Origin: Chloroflexota bacterium
Lineage (GTDB): Bacteria > Chloroflexota > Dormibacteria > CF-121
Direction: 5' to 3'
NCBI GenBank assembly: GCA_005880875.1
Contig: VBJI01000079.1
Coordinates: 1 to 63,091 of the forward strand
DNA length: 63,091 nt
Of this stretch, positions 59,412 to 63,091 are shown piece after piece. Below the pieces are notes generated by a model that searched no databases, was not told where the DNA came from, and worked only from the letters and a program-made list of their open reading frames with translations. The position numbers and the translations under genes are program-made. Within the stretch, counting starts at the first letter, position 1. Each line of letters starts with the position of its first letter.

Positions 59412-60160
59412 GACCCAGGCACCCGACCTGGCTCGCCGCCGGCCTGCTATTGGCATTCCTGGCCACCGCCTGTACGAGCCCGACCACTGGCCCACCTGCC
59501 GCCGCGCCGGTTCAGCGGGCGTCCATCTATGCCGCGATCGGTGCGAGCGAAACCTACGGGATTGGCGCCAGCGACCGGTATCGCGAAGCCTATCCGCAGG
59601 TGTTCTACCGCGACGTCCTGCCGCCATCCGCCGTCCTCTACAACTTCGGCATCCCGGGAGCGACGACGGCCGAAGCCCTGCGCGACGAGGTGCCGGCCGC
59701 GCTCGCCGTCCACCCCACGGTCGTGACCGTCTGGCTCAACGTCAATGATCTGCTCCAGGGCGTATCGCCGCAGACCTACGCGCCGCAGCTGCGGCAACTC
59801 GTCCAGGCTATGCGCAGGAACGCGCAGGCCCGCGTCCTGGTGGCCAACATGCCCGACCTTCGTCAACTCCCCGCGTACAAGGCCTGTCTTCCCGCTGCGC
59901 CGGCGTCCGCGCCGCAATGCCTGATCCCGGCCGGCCTGGTGCCGTCACCCGACCAGGTCGCCGCCGCCGTCGACGCCTACAACAGCGTCATCACCCAGGT
60001 GGCCACGGAAGAAGGCGCAACGCTGGTGGATCTCCACGCCGGCGGGGCGCTGATGGCCCAGCATCCAGAGTGGTTGAGCTCGGATGGTTTCCATCCGAAC
60101 GGCCTCGGCTACGCGGCGATCGCCCATGTGTTCGAGGGCGCCTACCACCGTACGGCCTGA
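59408..60160 (+). CDS. SGNH-type hydrolase lipoprotein
   Basis: Lipobox FLATAC. Block I variant AAIGASETYG, ...NVNDLL..., ...SDGFHPN... ATGA overlap with the permease stop. Confidence 0.75.
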   Translation: MRPRHPTWLAAGLLLAFLATACTSPTTGPPAAAPVQRASIYAAIGASETYGIGASDRYREAYPQVFYRDVLPPSAVLYNFGIPGATTAEALRDEVPAALAVHPTVVTVWLNVNDLLQGVSPQTYAPQLRQLVQAMRRNAQARVLVANMPDLRQLPAYKACLPAAPASAPQCLIPAGLVPSPDQVAAAVDAYNSVITQVATEEGATLVDLHAGGALMAQHPEWLSSDGFHPNGLGYAAIAHVFEGAYHRTA

Positions 60161-60222
60161 GAAACTGGCGGTGGATCGCCGTCCGTCAGCACGAGATGGC
60201 TGGCCGAAGGCGTTATTGAGTC

Positions 60223-60888
60223 ATGGCGACTCCATTCGGCCGGGGCTCGGATCTGATCAGTCGGCTCATCGCCCAGGGCCGCGACGCGATGAGCGGCGGC
60301 CGCTGGATGGAGGCGGAGTATGCCTTTCGGACCGTGCTCGAGCAGGAGCCGGGAAACTGGATGGCGATGCGGGCCCTGGCGTCAGCACTTCGGCAACTCG
60401 GCCAGAGAGAGGAGGCACGCCACATGGAGGCCAGAGCCGCGGCCCTGGCACCGCCGGCGCATAAGCCGGCGAGGCGCTCATGGCTGCGACGACTCGGGTT
60501 TGCCGAATTCCTTCTGATGCTGCTGAATCCAATTTCACTTGGAACCCTGCTGATCGCATCGGTGCTCCTTCCCCTGATCCCCTGGATCGCCGTCGTCTAC
60601 TACCGCGCCTGGCCCAACCGGTCACGCAGCCTCCAGATGGGAATCATCGGGTGGATTTTCGTTCGGGTTCGACTCGGATCGATGGGTCCGTTCATCCTCG
60701 GGTTTACGGCCGGATTCGTCTGGCTCGCGATTCTGGGACCCTACGCCACCGCTGATCCCGATGTGGGACTCCGGCTGTTCACTGGCTTCATCGCGGTGTT
60801 CACCGCGCTTTGCGGGCTCCGCCTGGTTATCGCCATCGCCTTGCAGCTACGCCGGGTCGCGTTGGGGCCGAGTCGCGACACCGACTAG
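60223..60888 (+). CDS. TPR-like N-terminal domain fused to a 4-TM membrane domain, uncharacterised
   Basis: ...WMEAEYAFRTVLEQEPGNWMAMRALASALRQLGQREEA... followed by four hydrophobic helices. Confidence 0.5.
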   Translation: MATPFGRGSDLISRLIAQGRDAMSGGRWMEAEYAFRTVLEQEPGNWMAMRALASALRQLGQREEARHMEARAAALAPPAHKPARRSWLRRLGFAEFLLMLLNPISLGTLLIASVLLPLIPWIAVVYYRAWPNRSRSLQMGIIGWIFVRVRLGSMGPFILGFTAGFVWLAILGPYATADPDVGLRLFTGFIAVFTALCGLRLVIAIALQLRRVALGPSRDTD

Positions 60889-61440
60889 ACCAGCCAGCGC
60901 CGCGGCGCCCGTGGCCAACGCGGCCCCGAAACCCACCCCGAAGAGGATCCCCGTGACCTGGAGGGCGACGCCGGCGATACCGGATGGCGGCGTAAACGCA
61001 CCCGGCGGAGGGGCGAACCCACCCGGAGGAGGCGTGAAGCCCGGCGGGGGTGTCAAAAAGCCGGGGGGCGGCGACGTCGCGGTTCCAATTGAAAACGAGC
61101 CGCCATCCGGGCACAGCGTACTGAGCTCCATCAGCCGGTGCATCATGGCTGAGCCGAATGGGATGAGCGCCACCAGGGCGCAACCGCTGACCGCGCCCAC
61201 CAATAGTCCGGCAAGCGCCGCCGAGGGCACCGTCCCATCGGCCCGACCGGCCGCGAAGCCGGCTGCGGCGGCGAGCAGCAGAAAAACCAACGCCGCACCG
61301 AGCATCAGCACGGGGATGACGAGAGGGCCGACCCGACAGAGGTCGGCCGGACGGAGCAGGAGGATCGCGAGGTTCGCGGCCAGCGTGGACGCGAAGGCGA
61401 TGACGCCGGCGATCGCCCCGAAACGGACCCCCGCAACCAT
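60847..61440 (-). CDS. membrane protein with a PPPGF-type proline-rich repeat loop, uncharacterised
   Basis: SPPPGFLTPPPGFTPPPGGFAPPPGAFTPPSG lies between hydrophobic helices. There is a convergent 42-nt overlap with the previous gene. Confidence 0.5.
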   Translation of the reverse strand: MVAGVRFGAIAGVIAFASTLAANLAILLLRPADLCRVGPLVIPVLMLGAALVFLLLAAAAGFAAGRADGTVPSAALAGLLVGAVSGCALVALIPFGSAMMHRLMELSTLCPDGGSFSIGTATSPPPGFLTPPPGFTPPPGGFAPPPGAFTPPSGIAGVALQVTGILFGVGFGAALATGAAALAGLVGVATRPQRDPA

Positions 61441-61482
61441 CAGAGGGCCCCGCGCGCCGGCGGGACCCCCTGCCTGCGAGGG

Positions 61483-62013
61483 CTATGGCCCGACGAGCTG
61501 ACCCCTGACCTCCCCGGCCGGATGTTTGGTCGTGTGGACGTTCACGTAGTAGCCGGACGGGTTCGCGATGATCGCATTCAACAGAGCTCGTTCCGACGTC
61601 GTGATATTGATCGCGTTGTGGCTGGCGCAGCCGCTGAAAGCGGTCGCTGTCGAGGGTGTGGCGAACTGGAAGAACGGCACGACGACGGGGCCGTTTGTGC
61701 CGGCATTCCCCCGGTGAATGTGTGACGCGGTGATCGGGGTTGTCAGGCCGGAAACATGGATATCCCAGCAGACCTCCTCCTGACCCGGGTTGATCGTGAG
61801 CCGTGCGCTTCCGCTCCCGGTGCTGTCACTCACCGACGGTGCGAGCGTGACCGTAAACGGAGCGCCGCCGTGATCTGACCCTGGCAGCCGTGCCGCCGAA
61901 GCGGTGGCGGGGAGCGCGAGGGCTCCCGCGGCGAGCAACGCGAGGACGATCAGTCGTTTCATAAGACTCCTCCCTGAGCTGAACCGTGGAACCGGATGTC
62001 TTGCGACGGCCAC
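61483..62013 (-). CDS. CHRD domain protein (secreted)
   Basis: Signal peptide LIVLALLAAGALALPATASA. ...ITASHIHRGNAGTNGPVVVPF...YYVNVHTTKHPAGEVRGQL is the CHRD pattern. Confidence 0.8.
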   Translation of the reverse strand: MAVARHPVPRFSSGRSLMKRLIVLALLAAGALALPATASAARLPGSDHGGAPFTVTLAPSVSDSTGSGSARLTINPGQEEVCWDIHVSGLTTPITASHIHRGNAGTNGPVVVPFFQFATPSTATAFSGCASHNAINITTSERALLNAIIANPSGYYVNVHTTKHPAGEVRGQLVGP

Positions 62014-62042
62014 ATCTAGTTACACACTTCGTGCCGGCCTCG

Positions 62043-63091
62043 TCAAGAGGTCCGCACGATCACCCGGCAACCAGCAGCGGGATCGACTTGAAGCGTGAGC
62101 CGCCCGGAGGTGGCGTCCCAGTGGGAGGCGACGAGGCAGACGCCATCAGCCGTCGGGGCCGTCAGCGTGACGGCCGACCAGCCAATCTCGATCGGCTGAT
62201 CCGCATGAGTGGCGTTCACCGTGATCGTGAGGTTGCCACGGATGCCGTCACCGTGCCCGGCACGCACGCCGGCGGGAGCCGCGATCAGGTAGGGGCGCGC
62301 CAGGTGGCGCAGCGCGTTCCTGTTGACGAGCTGGCCGGCGGCATCCACGATGCCCCAGTAGCGATTCTCTCGCCATTGCCACCAGGCCCAGCCGATGCCC
62401 AGGTCATCCGCCTCATCGAGGGCGGCATCGGCATACGACATCGCTCCTTTCTGCGTGAGGTCATAGCCGAGCTCACCGATCCACAGCGGCGCCGGGACCT
62501 GGCCCGCCTCCTTGACCCGCTGCTGGAACCGCTGGCGCAGGAAGGTCGGATCGCCAGTCCAGAATGGCGGGATCAGCGAGCCCTCGTAGAGGTGGGTGCC
62601 ATAGACGATATTCGGCCCCTTCAGATGATCCACCACGGTGTTCAGCGTGAGCAGCAGGATGCCCTGCACGAAGAACAGGTGGTTGGCATCAACGGCGCCG
62701 ATCGCGTCGATCGCCTCCTTGAACATCGGCCAGAGGTAGAACTTCTCGAAGAGGCGCGGCGGGATCGGCAACGGATGGGCCTCGTTGAAGATGTCGTAGC
62801 CCGCCACGCCGGGGTTGTTGGAGAACTTCACCGCGACCGTCTGCCAGGCTCGATAAAACTCCTTCTTCCAATCGGACGACAGCCAGAAATACAGGTCGGA
62901 CGCGATCGCGGCCGGGATGAGGGACGGACTCCAAGAGTATTGCGGCAGCGGGTTCCAGTTCGGCGCGCCGATGGTCGCCCATCCGGGTGCGCCCGAGTAG
63001 CCGAAGCGCGGACTCCACCCGAGGCGGAAGTGCATGTCAAGTACCACGTACAGGTCATGCCGGTTCAGCATCGCCACCGTGCTCGCCACGC
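62043..63091 (-). CDS. glycoside hydrolase family 5 (cellulase-type); N-terminus runs off the right window edge
   Basis: ...YVVLDMH..., acid/base IFNEAHP, nucleophile region WIGELGY, ...GWAWWQW... Confidence 0.8.
   Translation of the reverse strand, partial: VASTVAMLNRHDLYVVLDMHFRLGWSPRFGYSGAPGWATIGAPNWNPLPQYSWSPSLIPAAIASDLYFWLSSDWKKEFYRAWQTVAVKFSNNPGVAGYDIFNEAHPLPIPPRLFEKFYLWPMFKEAIDAIGAVDANHLFFVQGILLLTLNTVVDHLKGPNIVYGTHLYEGSLIPPFWTGDPTFLRQRFQQRVKEAGQVPAPLWIGELGYDLTQKGAMSYADAALDEADDLGIGWAWWQWRENRYWGIVDAAGQLVNRNALRHLARPYLIAAPAGVRAGHGDGIRGNLTITVNATHADQPIEIGWSAVTLTAPTADGVCLVASHWDATSGRLTLQVDPAAGCRVIVRTS

Noticed and set aside
60960-61070. A degenerate short tandem DNA repeat that might be a CRISPR-like or minisatellite array.
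   Set aside because: The units are contiguous with no spacers and are imperfect. They translate into a PPPGF low-complexity loop inside a membrane protein. No CRISPR array was seen anywhere in the window.

Overview
This is a GC-rich, gene-dense chromosomal window that looks like a monoderm, high-GC Terrabacteria-type genome (Actinomycetota/Chloroflexota-like). The lineage call is an inference from gene content: LCP ligase, L,D-transpeptidase, GT87 and Ku.

I found no rRNA, CRISPR array, integrase, transposase or phage genes.

Gene content, left to right:
- dus, a small membrane ORF and coaX.
- A HAAT/Liv-type ABC transporter bracketed by two paralogous lipoprotein binding proteins.
- A roughly 10 kb co-directional minus-strand block that joins GDP-D-rhamnose precursor genes (cupin/PMI-like, phosphomannomutase, gmd, manC, rmd) to a SAM-cycle and purine-salvage set (metK, ahcY, PfkB kinase, apt) and a Wzx-like flippase.
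- trpS, a GT87 and a processive-type GT2.
- An orphan Upf1/DNA2-like SF1 helicase.
- DUF1684, an SDR and a nitrobindin-like protein.
- A divergent tRNA-Arg(CCT)/tRNA-Pro(CGG) pair.
- EamA and ku.
- An Opu-type osmoprotectant ABC system with two tiny membrane paralogs.
- rarA, an MFS transporter, an MscS channel and L25.
- An L,D-transpeptidase.
- An isobutyryl-CoA-mutase-like operon with meaB.
- An LCP protein.
- A beta-oxidation operon (thiolase, two acyl-CoA dehydrogenases, hbd) facing an acyl-CoA carboxyltransferase.
- An MFS transporter, a PQQ-like beta-propeller, two SGNH hydrolases and a MacB-type ABC pair.
- CHRD and GH5 genes.

Observations most worth a second look:
1. At least six conserved genes (livH, phosphomannomutase, hbd, two acyl-CoA dehydrogenases, ftsX-like permease) carry internal gaps of about 30-60 codons, most with a frame change. 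This could be an assembly or gap-stripping artefact or real decay.
2. A single beta-propeller gene sits between 33-nt direct repeats that duplicate a divergent promoter/start region.
3. The helicase combines a zinc ribbon and an Arg-rich tail and has no partner genes.
4. A 29-codon membrane micro-ORF is wedged between the two mutase subunits.
5. The Opu binding protein has its lobe order reversed.

I could not identify a clear multi-gene defence or mobile system. The items above are the best candidates for novelty.
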